Positions 18,801-30,100 of a DNA stretch of 64,000 bases are shown here, piece by piece. A program made the position numbers and the translations under genes. The notes beneath the pieces are model-generated. The model saw only the letters and a program-made list of their open reading frames with translations, searched no databases and was not told the origin of the DNA. The stretch spans positions 1,629,555 through 1,693,554 of the forward strand of contig OZ242376.1 of assembly GCA_965209085.1 (NCBI GenBank), written 5' to 3'. Source of the DNA: Nitrosopumilaceae archaeon (GTDB taxonomy: Archaea; Thermoproteota; Nitrososphaeria; Nitrososphaerales; Nitrosopumilaceae). The number at the start of each line of letters is the position of its first letter. Position 1 is the first letter of the stretch.

Positions 18801-20063
18801 ATGCTGGATCCGGACATACTGCGCGAAAAACCACAAGAGGTCCGGCGCATGCTGCAAAAACGTGGTGTGGAATTTGACATTGAAGGACTGCTTGCTGTAA
18901 ACGAGACAAGACTCAAAGATATGGCATCAAGTGATGCACTGCGTCATGAAAGAAACAAAATGGGCAAGATGATCTCGGATGCAAAAAAATCCGGCAATGA
19001 TCCGGCAGATCTGTTCAAAAAAATGACCGAAATCTCAGAGCAGATTACAAGAGCCGAAGAGGCTAGCATGGAATCGGAAAAAAAATACCGCCGTCTAGCG
19101 TTTACAATGCCCAACATGTTGGATGAGACAGTCCCGACAGGTCCGGATGAATCAGCAAACAAGCTTGTCCGCAAATGGGGCGATAATACAAATGCTGAAT
19201 TTGAGTCAAAAAACCATCTAGACGTTGCAGCATCTTCGAATATGATAGACATGGAAAGAGCTGCAAAGACTGCCGGTTCCAGATTTTATTATCTGCGCGA
19301 CGGGCTAGTGCGGCTCAACCAGGCAATCATATCTTACTCGTTGGATTTTCTCTCAGGCAAAGGCTACGGTCTAGTGCAGCCTCCATACATGATAAACCGT
19401 GCCGCAATGGAGGGGGCAATCATAACCGAGGACTTTGAGGATGTCATATACAAAATAGAGGATGAGGATTTGTACCTCATAGGCACCTCCGAGCATGCAA
19501 TGGCTGCCATGCATTCAAAAGAGATCATAGAGGGGGCAGATATTCCCAAAAGATACGCAGGAGTCAGCCCGTGCTTTAGAAAAGAAGCCGGAGCGCACGG
19601 CAGAGATCAAAAAGGAATATTCCGCGTGCATCAGTTTGAAAAAATAGAACAGTTTGTCTTTACAAGACCTGAAGAATCACGTCAAGAGCACGAAAAGATG
19701 CTTGAGATTGCAGAAGAATTTTATCAGAATTTGGAGATACCCTACAGGGTCATGCTGCTATGTACCGGGGATATTGGTAAAGTCTCGGCCAAAACATACG
19801 ACATTGAAGCGTGGATGCCGGCCCAAAAGGCGTATAGGGAAATTGTCTCATGTTCCAACTGTCTTGACTATCAGACCCGCAGGCTCTTAATCCGGTACAG
19901 AGAGCGCACAAACGAGCAAACATCCTATCCTCATACGCTAAACTCAACTTTGGCGGCAACCACAAGGGTCATGGTTGCAATTTTGGAGAATTTTCAGACA
20001 AAGGACGGACATGTCGCCGTTCCAAACCCCCTCAGGGCATACATGGGCAGGGAAATTCTCTGA
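18801..20063 (+). CDS. serS: Serine--tRNA ligase
   Basis: LIGTSEH, CFRKEAG, FRVHQFEK, REIVSCSNC and HTLNST. Confidence 0.97.
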   Translation: MLDPDILREKPQEVRRMLQKRGVEFDIEGLLAVNETRLKDMASSDALRHERNKMGKMISDAKKSGNDPADLFKKMTEISEQITRAEEASMESEKKYRRLAFTMPNMLDETVPTGPDESANKLVRKWGDNTNAEFESKNHLDVAASSNMIDMERAAKTAGSRFYYLRDGLVRLNQAIISYSLDFLSGKGYGLVQPPYMINRAAMEGAIITEDFEDVIYKIEDEDLYLIGTSEHAMAAMHSKEIIEGADIPKRYAGVSPCFRKEAGAHGRDQKGIFRVHQFEKIEQFVFTRPEESRQEHEKMLEIAEEFYQNLEIPYRVMLLCTGDIGKVSAKTYDIEAWMPAQKAYREIVSCSNCLDYQTRRLLIRYRERTNEQTSYPHTLNSTLAATTRVMVAILENFQTKDGHVAVPNPLRAYMGREIL

Positions 20064-20099
20064 CGTACCCTTATATTTTGGACTAGGAGCACATGGCTA

Positions 20100-20714
20100 T
20101 TGGCTCGGAGAAAAACCAGGGTAAAAGACAAGTGGCGTGAGAAAAAATGGGTTACGGTTCACGCCCCAGAATCCTTTGGCAGTGTACCCCTAGCATACAT
20201 TCCAATAACAGACATCAAAAAAATCGGTGGCAGGGTCGTAGAGGTTACCCTCTTTGATGTCCTAAAGGGCGATCCTTCACAGCACCAGTATAAAATTTAC
20301 TTTCAATTGGATAAAATAAATGATGATGGAACGGCAAGCAGTATATTCAAAAGATACCAGTATGCGACAGAATATCTGCGCAGTCTCGTCCGCCGCGGCT
20401 CTTCAAAAATTACATTCATCATAGACTCACAGACAAAGGACGGCTATGTATTCAGAATTAAAGTAATTGCCCTGACGCACCGCCCGTTAAACACTTCCCG
20501 CAAACATGCACTCCGTTTGATAGCGCGCGATATAATAACAAAATCAGTTCCAAACATGAACATTGACGAGTTTGTCCAGACCGCCTGTTACGGCAAGCTA
20601 AACTCGGACATTATGGCACAGGCCAAAAAAATTATACGTCTCAGACACGTCGGACTTGAAAACGTAAAACTGATCAAGACGGCAAAGGAACAGATTACAC
20701 TCCTAGAGGCATAA
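20100..20714 (+). CDS. rps3ae: 30S ribosomal protein S3Ae (eS1)
   Basis: KDKWREKKW, GRVVEVTL and SLVRRGSSK. Confidence 0.93.
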   Translation: MARRKTRVKDKWREKKWVTVHAPESFGSVPLAYIPITDIKKIGGRVVEVTLFDVLKGDPSQHQYKIYFQLDKINDDGTASSIFKRYQYATEYLRSLVRRGSSKITFIIDSQTKDGYVFRIKVIALTHRPLNTSRKHALRLIARDIITKSVPNMNIDEFVQTACYGKLNSDIMAQAKKIIRLRHVGLENVKLIKTAKEQITLLEA

Positions 20715-20723
20715 CAGGAGAAA

Positions 20724-21134
20724 ATGGCTGTACAGGCCTCCATTGAGATAATACTGCACGCAACAGAGGATGTGCCAAAGTTTTACAAAGCGGTAAAAGA
20801 TATCTTTGACTTTGATGATGAAAATATTTCAGAAACGCGCACCACCGGCCATTATGGCAACGAGATCAGGATTTTGCACATGAGTGCAAAAAAACACAAA
20901 GCTGAGAAAATTATTCATGCCATATCAAAAGGCCTGCACGACTCAGTTAATGACATCCCCGGCGAGATTGCCCAGAGGCTTTCAGATTCAGGATTATACA
21001 TAAGACTTGACAAACAGGAATTCGTGCAGGGTAAGATTACACTGCAGGATGGAGGGTCAGTAAGGGTCCGCATATACACTCCCGTATACGTAAAAAAGAA
21101 CGCCGAATCCGAATATATCGCGCTCTTCCAATAA
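20724..21134 (+). CDS. DUF54-type RNA-binding protein
   Basis: HATED, GHYGNEI and YIRLDKQ motifs. Confidence 0.85.
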   Translation: MAVQASIEIILHATEDVPKFYKAVKDIFDFDDENISETRTTGHYGNEIRILHMSAKKHKAEKIIHAISKGLHDSVNDIPGEIAQRLSDSGLYIRLDKQEFVQGKITLQDGGSVRVRIYTPVYVKKNAESEYIALFQ

Positions 21135-21165
21135 GAGATATACGCCCTCACATGTGCCATAATGC

Positions 21166-21233
21166 GGGTATGAGGAGATAACAGCCGCTCCAGTCTGAGC
21201 GAAAGCGTTGAAGATGCCGCGACGAACCGACCC
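21166..21233 (+). ncRNA. Candidate box C/D sRNA
   Basis: GGGT-ATGAGGA(C)-guide-CTGA(D')-GC GAAA GC-TTGAAGA(C')-guide-CCGA(D)-CCC, in an intergenic GC-rich patch. Confidence 0.5.
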
Positions 21234-21270
21234 AAATTCTCAAAATGTATAAGGCACTATTTTGTAAACC

Positions 21271-23064
21271 ATGTATTACATGACTCACAGAGTGGCCGTT
21301 TTGGATGATGATTTATGCCAGCCCAAAAAATGCGGTTTAGAATGCATAAAGTACTGTCCGGTAAACAAATCCGGAGCAGATTGCATTGTTTTGAACGAAG
21401 AGATCGGCAAGGCCCGCATAGACGAGGATATTTGCAACGGGTGCGGCATATGCGTAAAGGTGTGCCCCTTTGATGCAATTACTATTGTAAATCTGGCCTC
21501 AGAGCTCTCCGCTGAAAAGATTCACCAGTATGGAGAAAATTCCTTTAGGCTCTACAGACTGCCGACTCCAAAGAGCGGCGAGGTTGTGGGACTGTTGGGA
21601 AGAAACGGAATGGGAAAGAGCACCATTGTAGGATTGTTGTCTGGAACACTCAAACCGAATCTTGGCAATTATGAAAATCCCCCCGAATGGGACGAGATTT
21701 TAAAATATTATGCGGGAACGGAAATGAAGAAACATTTTGAGATGATACGCGATGGAAATCTTCGTGCCGCAATAAAACCCCAGCAGATATCTCACATTGC
21801 CGGCGCGTTTAAAGGAACAGCATCAGAGCTGCTTGAAAAATACGACGAGCGCGGAGCTGCGGGCCACCTTGTAAAAGATTTGGGTCTTGAGAATGCCATG
21901 CAGAAAAATCTTGAAGAGTTAAGCGGCGGGGAGATGCAGCGTCTTGCCACAGCTGCTGTTGCCGCACGCGATGTTGATTTTTATTTTTTTGACGAGCCAT
22001 CCTCGTACAACGATGTCTACCAAAGGGCAGGCGTTGCACGTGTCATACACGCGCTGGCCGATTCTGGAAAAAGCGTCATGGTGGTCGAGCACGATCTGAC
22101 GCTGCTTGACTATCTTAGCGACTATATCGAGCTTGTATACGGCGAACCGGCAGCATATGGCATTGTTTCAGGCATACTCTCGACAAAGGTCGGCATTAAC
22201 GTATTTCTTGACGGATACCTGCCAAGCGAGAACGTCCGATTCCGGGATAAAGCATTTTCTTTTGACGTTTCAACCTCGGAGGATAGTTTTACATCAGATG
22301 TAACGGTAATCGAGTATCCAAAACTTGTAAAAAACTATCCGTCATTTTCCATAGAGGTTGAGGCAGGCAGCGTTAAAAAAGGGCAGGTGCTAGGCATAGT
22401 CGGCGCCAATGCGCTGGGTAAAACTACGTTTATGAAGATGATATCGGGGGTTTTACAGCCAGATTCCGGAGAGATTAAAAAAGAAATCAAGATAGCCTAC
22501 AAACCCCAGTATCTAAAATCAGATACGGATGCAGAAACAATCAGCGTCCTGGAGCGCGCAGCAGGTTGCAGGCTTGAAGGGAGTGAGTCAGAGGAGCGCA
22601 TCATAAACCCGCTTCGGATTAAAAAACTCTACAACAAGAGTATCTCAAAGCTCTCCGGCGGTGAGCTGCAAAAAGTGGCGGTTGCATCATGTCTGATGCA
22701 AAAAGCCGACCTGTATGCGCTCGATGAGCCTTCGGCATTTTTGGACGTAGAGGACCGCATTGCGGTGGCAAAGTTTCTGCAAAAATTTGTCCGCTCCTAC
22801 GGCCTCTCTGCTGTGGTAATTGATCATGACATACAAATGATGGATTTAATCTCCGATACGATGGTGCTCTTTGAGGGCGTCTCCGGAGTAAGGGGTACTG
22901 CCACAGCACCTCTTGCAAAAGCTGATGCCATGAACCGTTTTCTGCGCTCGCTTGGAATATCCTTCCGGCGTGATGAAAAATCCCGCCGGCCGCGCGTAAA
23001 CAAGGCAATGAGCAGGCTAGATAAGGAGCAAAAATCTTCTGGTAATTTTTACTATCGCAACTGA
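21271..23064 (+). CDS. rli: ABCE1/RLI ribosome recycling ATPase
   Basis: N-terminal 4Fe-4S Cys motifs and two ABC domains (GRNGMGKST, LSGGE, DEPS). Confidence 0.96.
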   Translation: MYYMTHRVAVLDDDLCQPKKCGLECIKYCPVNKSGADCIVLNEEIGKARIDEDICNGCGICVKVCPFDAITIVNLASELSAEKIHQYGENSFRLYRLPTPKSGEVVGLLGRNGMGKSTIVGLLSGTLKPNLGNYENPPEWDEILKYYAGTEMKKHFEMIRDGNLRAAIKPQQISHIAGAFKGTASELLEKYDERGAAGHLVKDLGLENAMQKNLEELSGGEMQRLATAAVAARDVDFYFFDEPSSYNDVYQRAGVARVIHALADSGKSVMVVEHDLTLLDYLSDYIELVYGEPAAYGIVSGILSTKVGINVFLDGYLPSENVRFRDKAFSFDVSTSEDSFTSDVTVIEYPKLVKNYPSFSIEVEAGSVKKGQVLGIVGANALGKTTFMKMISGVLQPDSGEIKKEIKIAYKPQYLKSDTDAETISVLERAAGCRLEGSESEERIINPLRIKKLYNKSISKLSGGELQKVAVASCLMQKADLYALDEPSAFLDVEDRIAVAKFLQKFVRSYGLSAVVIDHDIQMMDLISDTMVLFEGVSGVRGTATAPLAKADAMNRFLRSLGISFRRDEKSRRPRVNKAMSRLDKEQKSSGNFYYRN

Positions 23065-23096
23065 AAATAAATGACCCATATACTGACACACCGCGT

Positions 23097-23936
23097 ATGA
23101 CAAGGATGCTCAGGCGCGCTTTGGAAGGGGTATTATCAGAGGATGAATCATCGTATCTGTACTCGGCATTTGATCAGGTAGGGGACGTGATTATAGTAAG
23201 AATTCCTAAACAGTTAATGTCCAAAAAAGACCGCATTGGAGAGGCACTCTTGGCAAATGTAAAGGTCTCAAGGGCAGTATTCTGCCAGAAAACTGACATA
23301 GCCGGCGATCACCGTACGCGCAGCTTGGAGCTGATTGCAGGGGAGGGTACGACTCGTACAGAATACAAGGAGAGTGGCTGCAGGTTTGCAGTGGACGTTG
23401 AAAAGGCGTTTTTCTCGCCCAGATTATCCACGGAGAGATCCCGTATTGCAGGGCTTGTACAAAACGGACAGACCCTGCTGAATATGTTTGCCGGCGTGGG
23501 CATGTTTTCAATTCTTGCCGCATCAAAATGCAAATGCACCGCATACAGCGTGGATTTAAATCCGGTTGCATCCTTTTTGTGCGAGCAGAGCATCAGGATG
23601 AACAAGCTTGCCGGAGAGGTCATATCCATCAATGGTGACATATCCAAAGTAATACGGGAACAAAATTTGGCCGACCGCTCAGATCATACCCTCATGCTTT
23701 TGCCTGAAAGATCCGACGAGTTTGTAGATGATGCCATATATGCAACAAAGAGCGGCGGAATTATACACTATTACGCCCACGTTCATGCTGATAAAAAATC
23801 CCTTATTGCAGAGGCGATAAACGAACGCTGGGTTAGGGTAAGCGGGATAAAATCTGAGATTATCGAATCAAAGCTTGTACGTGCCGTAGGTCCAAGATAC
23901 TATCAGGCAGTAGCTGACGTTAAAATTACCAAATGA
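23097..23936 (+). CDS. Trm5/TYW2-family tRNA-modifying SAM-dependent transferase
   Basis: FFSPRLSTER, NMFAGVG and GGIIHYY. Confidence 0.85.
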   Translation: MTRMLRRALEGVLSEDESSYLYSAFDQVGDVIIVRIPKQLMSKKDRIGEALLANVKVSRAVFCQKTDIAGDHRTRSLELIAGEGTTRTEYKESGCRFAVDVEKAFFSPRLSTERSRIAGLVQNGQTLLNMFAGVGMFSILAASKCKCTAYSVDLNPVASFLCEQSIRMNKLAGEVISINGDISKVIREQNLADRSDHTLMLLPERSDEFVDDAIYATKSGGIIHYYAHVHADKKSLIAEAINERWVRVSGIKSEIIESKLVRAVGPRYYQAVADVKITK

Positions 23937-23939
23937 GAT

Positions 23940-24155
23940 TTATTCGTCAGTTATCATTGATTGTTTTGGTTTTACGGTAATCATTGAATATCCGACCCAG
24001 GAGATTGCGCTCAAAATTCCCCCCACGATCATCAGAATTGATATGTGCAATACGTGCTGGCTCCAGTCGGAAAGTATGAGAAGATATGCGTATGCAAAAA
24101 ACGCCCCTATGCATCCGACAAAAATAAGAGCTCCTGCAATCTGCCTTTTGGTCAT
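23940..24155 (-). CDS. Small two-TM membrane protein
   Basis: 71 aa with two hydrophobic helices. Confidence 0.7.
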   Translation of the reverse strand: MTKRQIAGALIFVGCIGAFFAYAYLLILSDWSQHVLHISILMIVGGILSAISWVGYSMITVKPKQSMITDE

Positions 24156-24182
24156 ATTTGTGCGCCGTACCCCATTTCATTA

Positions 24183-24680
24183 TCACCCAAGCTCTATGGA
24201 CATCAAGTATGCATCCTCGCCGTCCCTGTAATATGAACCGAGCCTATTGCGGATTTGAAAATTCATTTTTTGATACATTTCGACTGCCTCGTTGTTGCTG
24301 CACCTAACCTCCAGGTACAGTTCCATGCATTTGTATGTGCGCGCCCCGTTAATGACCCCGCTTAACATGGCAGATCCCATTCCTTTGCGGCGGTGCTCAT
24401 CCAAGACGGCAATTGAGACTAGGTGGCATTTTTTTACAAATCCAAGTTTTTTAAAATTTGAAAATCCGTGCTCGCATTTGCACATTACATATCCCACATC
24501 GCGGCCGGCAGATTCTACCACCATGAATGTTTCAGGAAATTCCGAGAGCAGACTTTCGTAGAAAAAATCAGAATAATGTTCCGGCAGTGTCTTTAGATTT
24601 ACTTCCATTATAGGTATCAGATCCCCCAGTTGTGCCCGGCGTATTGTATAATCATCCCTCTGGCGTACTGCAACCTGCAT
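24183..24680 (-). CDS. Ard1/RimI-family N-acetyltransferase
   Basis: LPEHY, SIAV..HRRKGMG, LEVRCSN and YYRDGEDA. Confidence 0.92.
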   Translation of the reverse strand: MQVAVRQRDDYTIRRAQLGDLIPIMEVNLKTLPEHYSDFFYESLLSEFPETFMVVESAGRDVGYVMCKCEHGFSNFKKLGFVKKCHLVSIAVLDEHRRKGMGSAMLSGVINGARTYKCMELYLEVRCSNNEAVEMYQKMNFQIRNRLGSYYRDGEDAYLMSIELG

Positions 24681-24731
24681 GGTTTTTCTTCCCCGTGTCA
24701 GATATTTAATAGTAAGCGTGCCGCGTACTGC

Positions 24732-25817
24732 ATGTATACGATGGAAGAATGGCAGGTGCAGAGTGCGACAGGTGTAATATCATCGGCATTTAAGATTATA
24801 GAATACACCACAGCTCCCAAAGCCGTACGGTATGAGATTGCAGGTGGAAATTTACGCGAGGATTTTCCCAAAATCGTGCGCAAATTGGAGGCAATGGACA
24901 TGGGGGCAAGTGCTGAATATCTCAAAGGAAGCCTTGTAATACTAGTATATGATGCTGGGGTAAAAAAAGTTGGTTGGGCATCCTCTGTACACATACCAAG
25001 AATTCTCTTTGCGGTAGCTGTTGTGCTTGTCATGGTTGACGGATATTACCGCACCGGTATTGCAAACAATATAGTAAACATCGGGGATCCGTTTTACACC
25101 GCAGCAGTATACACTTTGGCTCTGCTTGGCATACTGGGCGTGCATGAGTTGGGACATCTTGTAGCATCCCGCATGCACAAAGTAAAGACAAGTTGGCCGT
25201 ATTTTATTCCAGGACTGCCAATATACGGTGTGCCCACTTTTGGAGCTTTTATCCGCTCCCGCAGCAGTACGCCAAACCGCATAATACTCTTTGACATTGC
25301 CATAGCCGGTCCGATTGCAGGACTGGCTGTCGCAATAATTGTTTCACTATATGCTGCATACGATGCCCCGTTTGTTCCCGAATATGCGCAAAATAATTTC
25401 CTGGTTGAAGAGTGGGGTAGCGGCGAATCCATTCTGATGAAGGCCACGCTGATAATATTCGACAAGGATACGGATGAAAAACCCGTACTGATGACCCCGC
25501 TGCTGTTTGCCGCATGGGTGGGATTTTTGCTTACGTTTTTGAACCTGCTTCCCGCGTGGCAGTTGGACGGCGGACACATGGCCCGAACCGTATTCGGTAA
25601 AAAGACGCATACGTATGCAACGTATGCAAGTCTTGGCGTTCTAGTGCTGCTCGGATACTGGGTTATGGCCGCGTTAATATTTATGCTCAGCCGCCGCAAC
25701 GAAGGAGCCCGTCCGGCAGACGATGTGACAAAACTTGACGGAAAAAGAAAAGCTGCATATGTTGTAACGCTTGTTCTTGCGATCCTATGTGCGCCTATTC
25801 AGGCCGGAGTACTGTAG
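24732..25817 (+). CDS. Site-2 protease (M50)
   Basis: HELGH, IAIAGP and NLLPAWQLDGGH. Confidence 0.92.
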   Translation: MYTMEEWQVQSATGVISSAFKIIEYTTAPKAVRYEIAGGNLREDFPKIVRKLEAMDMGASAEYLKGSLVILVYDAGVKKVGWASSVHIPRILFAVAVVLVMVDGYYRTGIANNIVNIGDPFYTAAVYTLALLGILGVHELGHLVASRMHKVKTSWPYFIPGLPIYGVPTFGAFIRSRSSTPNRIILFDIAIAGPIAGLAVAIIVSLYAAYDAPFVPEYAQNNFLVEEWGSGESILMKATLIIFDKDTDEKPVLMTPLLFAAWVGFLLTFLNLLPAWQLDGGHMARTVFGKKTHTYATYASLGVLVLLGYWVMAALIFMLSRRNEGARPADDVTKLDGKRKAAYVVTLVLAILCAPIQAGVL

Positions 25818-26904
25818 ATTCCTGACGAAGAAGAACTCTTGAACCGTCCGATACAACGGTGATTTTTTGCCGTTGCCCGCGGGTTTTCAGCATATATTCA
25901 AGTGCTTTTTTTGACGAATCCAAATGTACAAGATCCAGTTTTTTTGTATACATCTCCGGCAGTACTGATACTAGGCCAATCTGAATTCGTTTCTTTATCT
26001 CTCCAAGATACAGCAGATCCTCCATGCCCTGGACGTATTTTGACGGGCTTTTTAGACGGTCTGCATTCATTCGCCCCTCTACGAATTGCTGCAGTGCGTG
26101 CGAGCCCATGCCTTCGGCACACTCGGCCAACAATACTGCGACTCCCCCATTTTTTACCGCCGTATGTGCTGACCATATGGAATGCAGCGCCTGTGAGAGC
26201 GTCCGGTTGCTTGATGATTTTCCCGTACTGACCACCAGTGCTCCTGTTTCCTGCGCTTCAATGCTTGATGCAGGTTCAAGTTTTTTGCTCATCTGTGAGG
26301 TTTTTGAAGGATGTCCGATTTCCACGTCCAGTATGCCCTGGGCGTTTGCCACAATCTCAACTGACTGGATTTCAAATTTATCCGCAAAACTGTTTGCCAC
26401 CTCTGCACATTTGGTCGACTGTCCTGGAACCGGCATGTTTCCTGCGCGTTTTGTATATGCGGAAAGCATTTCCTCCTCGCCGAATTTTCTAAGCAGTTTA
26501 ACAGCAGATGTAGAAAATCCAAAAAGACCGTCAAGATCCAGTTCAGATATGAATACCAAATTTGCAGCGTCAATGGATATTGTATCCATTCTTGACACGG
26601 CGCTGCCCTCTGGCAGAAAATCTTTTATTGATGCGACAGTTTTGGAGTCAGCTATGATGCGCGGTATGGGTTTTGATTTTTGCTCGCATATGGAACATAT
26701 TGCCGCAATGGTTTCTCGTACGGCCGGCGTATCATGCAGTACTGCCAGCTCTGTGCCTTTGCTTGTGTCAATTGTTCCGAGTTTTTCTGCCAGTTTTGAT
26801 CCATTAATTGTCTCACCTTGCGATGTAATATGCTCGCCGAGATTTTCTGCACTCACATCCACGACAAGATCGGTAGGACCATAATTTAGCCAAATTTCCG
26901 TCAT
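25795..26904 (-). CDS. LarA/DUF2088-like protein
   Basis: N-terminal WLNYG; AVKNGG..VLLAECAEGMGS C-terminal LarA-like motif. Confidence 0.6.
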   Translation of the reverse strand: MTEIWLNYGPTDLVVDVSAENLGEHITSQGETINGSKLAEKLGTIDTSKGTELAVLHDTPAVRETIAAICSICEQKSKPIPRIIADSKTVASIKDFLPEGSAVSRMDTISIDAANLVFISELDLDGLFGFSTSAVKLLRKFGEEEMLSAYTKRAGNMPVPGQSTKCAEVANSFADKFEIQSVEIVANAQGILDVEIGHPSKTSQMSKKLEPASSIEAQETGALVVSTGKSSSNRTLSQALHSIWSAHTAVKNGGVAVLLAECAEGMGSHALQQFVEGRMNADRLKSPSKYVQGMEDLLYLGEIKKRIQIGLVSVLPEMYTKKLDLVHLDSSKKALEYMLKTRGQRQKITVVSDGSRVLLRQESTVLRPE

Positions 26905-27162
26905 TACATATCATATATGATGTTGGAAAATAAACTGTTTGGATTGCCTTTACAGGGGGCATGATTGGTTAGCAGCTCAGACAAATGCCTTTTCGTCATA
27001 ATTTCCGTTTTAACTCTGATTCTTCATTGCGGCCGCTCTGATGTGGTTTCAGCCGTATTTATTTAATTGGCACGCTATCCGTGTTGTAAGATAGCAGTCC
27101 CCACCTCACGCTGCATTGTGCATCCAGCGTACAGCAGATAGATGGTCAGGTGTGCTCTATCT

Positions 27163-30100
27163 TTAACCACGTTTAAAGACGTTCCGGTCTATCTCTCTTT
27201 CTGCGGTATTGCCAGAAAAGTCCTGTATGTTTGAGAGGAGGGTGATCTGGACTACTGTAGAAGTGAACTGGTTTATGGATATTAACACAGTATTTGAGCC
27301 GATCTTTGTAACGTCCTGGATCTCTATTCCTATTATTGCATAGTTTATCGCATTATCAGATGGCGCAGTTATCGGTTCGCTAAACGTGAGGATTATTTCA
27401 GTTGTGGTTGTTGAAATGGCAGATACTAGTACAGGAGGTGCCAAATCCTGCGTACTAGTGCGAGTTAGATTTACACTATCACCAAGAATGTTAAGAATAT
27501 CGCCGGATTGTTCTATAAATGGGGTTGTGCCGGTTCCAAATGGAGATGTCATTGTGAGTGTAACTGTAGTGTCGTCATTTGAGAGTGCAATCGAATCGAT
27601 GGTTGCATCCACGATCAAACCATATGATACTGTATAATCAGAAATGTCCAATGTTGCAGGATTTATGGTCATATTATACTGTATGACTATTGTCCTATCG
27701 TTGGAAATGTACGGACCCATAGAGTGAGTATTGTTTGTCAAAATAGAGCTAGCTGTAAAGCTGTTTCCGCTTGTATCTTCGATATTGGGGCTAGTTCCTA
27801 TAAAACTAATGTTCAATACCGCATCAGAAAACGACGATAGGAATGTGGATATGCTCAGGGTGTTTCCAAAGATGCTACTAGAGATGAGGGTTGTAGATCC
27901 GTCGATATCAAGTAATTGGAGAGGTGCTGTTCCGGGTATAAATTGAACATTTTCGTCAAAATACACCTCTATTAGATTAGAGGATACTACAGTGGCGCTT
28001 TTCATCGACGGTTTTATTCCATCAGATGCGGTAATGGTTGTAAATGATAGACTGTTTCCTGCAAGATCTGTAAGCTCGCCAAAGTTTGAAGAGATGTCAA
28101 ATTGGATCTCTGGCTGAGAATTTGATTCAAACGGGGTTGAAGGAGCAATTGTAATTTCAAGTATACTCTTTGGTATTGCAGACCCGTCTTTTACGTTAAA
28201 TGATGTCAGGGAATATCCCGTAATTTTCAGAACAAAGTCTATATCCGCAGTAATTGCAATGGATTCATCAAATGCGACAGAAACCAGATACGGGGTGAGG
28301 GTTGTAGACGAGATTATCTGCGGGGGTATTCCATCCGTGGCGGTGACACCATGTGATTGTATACTAAAACCAGATAGATCCTGTATCATACCCACATATG
28401 CGATGTACGGGGTGGCACCTGAGGAAAATAGAGTATTTGTGGTCAATGTTACAACATTATCATATACGATAGTTCCGATAGGTTGTATGCCGTTTATTAA
28501 AAAGTCAGTGGAATCTACGCTACTCGCATTTATTGTTCTGCTAAATGTCGCGTTTACTGTCGATGTATTTATCGTGTGAGCGGATTCAAGTACGGTATTC
28601 AACGCGGATGCAACCGTACTTGTACCATCAGATACTGTATCTCCGTCTACTGTAAGATTTGATTGGGTATTTTCATTGTATGTTACTAACGGTGTCTGAT
28701 CTGGATCTTGTATTTCCGATGTTGTAATCTGCAGATGATCACCATAATACAAGAATAAGACGGTTCCAGTATCAATGCCTTTGGCATAGCTGGAAAACGG
28801 CGTGCCTACGGCAAGAGCCGTACCTTCATCTGAGATTATACCCGTATATGCCAAAGACATACCAAATCCGTAATTAAAACTCACACCAGTTGAAAATACG
28901 ACATTGTCGGCCTTTGGATGCAGCGTGTACACTATACCATGATATTGCTCCAACGCTACAGCGGCAAATTCGGATCTGCCGTCGCCGTCTATATCGTTCA
29001 TAACGGACAAGGCATATCCAAAACCAGTATTGTCAGGATCAAATATTTTGATCGTGTTCTTTACCGTGCCGTTGGAATAAAGGTATGCTATATGCACCGC
29101 ACCTGAACCGTTGCCATCTCCTGGAGCGCCTATGGCAAGATCCGGCACTCCGTCACCATCAAAGTCTCCTGCCGCAAGCGATGTACCGAATGTATCTATA
29201 ATGCTGAGATTAAAGTCTGTCAATTTTATCGTCGAGCTTACCGTACCGTTGGAATAAAGGTATGCTATATGCACCGCACCTGAACCGTTGCCGTCTCCCG
29301 GAGCGCCTATGGCAAGATCCGGCACTCCGTCACCATCAAAGTCTTCTGCCGCAAGCGATGTACCGAATGTATCTACAATACTAAGATTAAAGCCTGTCAA
29401 TTTTATCGTCGAGCTTACCGTACCGTTGGAATAAAGGTATGCTATATGCACCGCACCTGAACCGTTGCCATCTCCCGGATCGCCTATGGCAAGATCCGGC
29501 ACCCCATCACCATCAAAGTCTTCTGCCGCAAGCGATGTACCGAATGTATCAAAATTAAAATTATTAAATTCAAAGTAATCTAATGTGTGGGATGTATTTG
29601 CAGAACCGTCAGGGTTCATGTATACGATAGATATGAATCCAGTTCCATTACCTAGTGCGCCAACTGCAAGATCTTTTGTCCCATCGTTGTCAAAATCAGC
29701 TGATGCAAGCGATGTTCCAAAGTGATCATGATCCTCAAGATTCAATTCCGGTAGACCTTGATTGATTACATAGCCTTTTTCGGTGTAATAAGGAACTATA
29801 TCCCAGGATAAAATTTCTGCAAAAGGATCCGTGATCGAAAAAGTGTCAGTGTTGTACGATGCAACATCCAAGTCTATTACATCATATCCATATAGAGTAA
29901 AGCTTAGCTCTATCGTTGAAGTATCTATGCGTTCGGCTGTAAATATTGCAGAAAGTGAATTCAAGCTCCCTCTAAATTCTATCGGGATGTTTTGCAGGGC
30001 CAAATTTCCGGATAAATCTTCCACCGTGCCGTTTATTGAAACGGACAGGAGATCGTCACGTTCAAAAGGATCTGTGATCAATTCGATATAGTTATCCTGA

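Noticed and set aside
26905-27162. Moderately GC-rich intergenic stretch as an ncRNA
   Set aside because: Only short hairpins were found, with no recognisable family motif or second copy.
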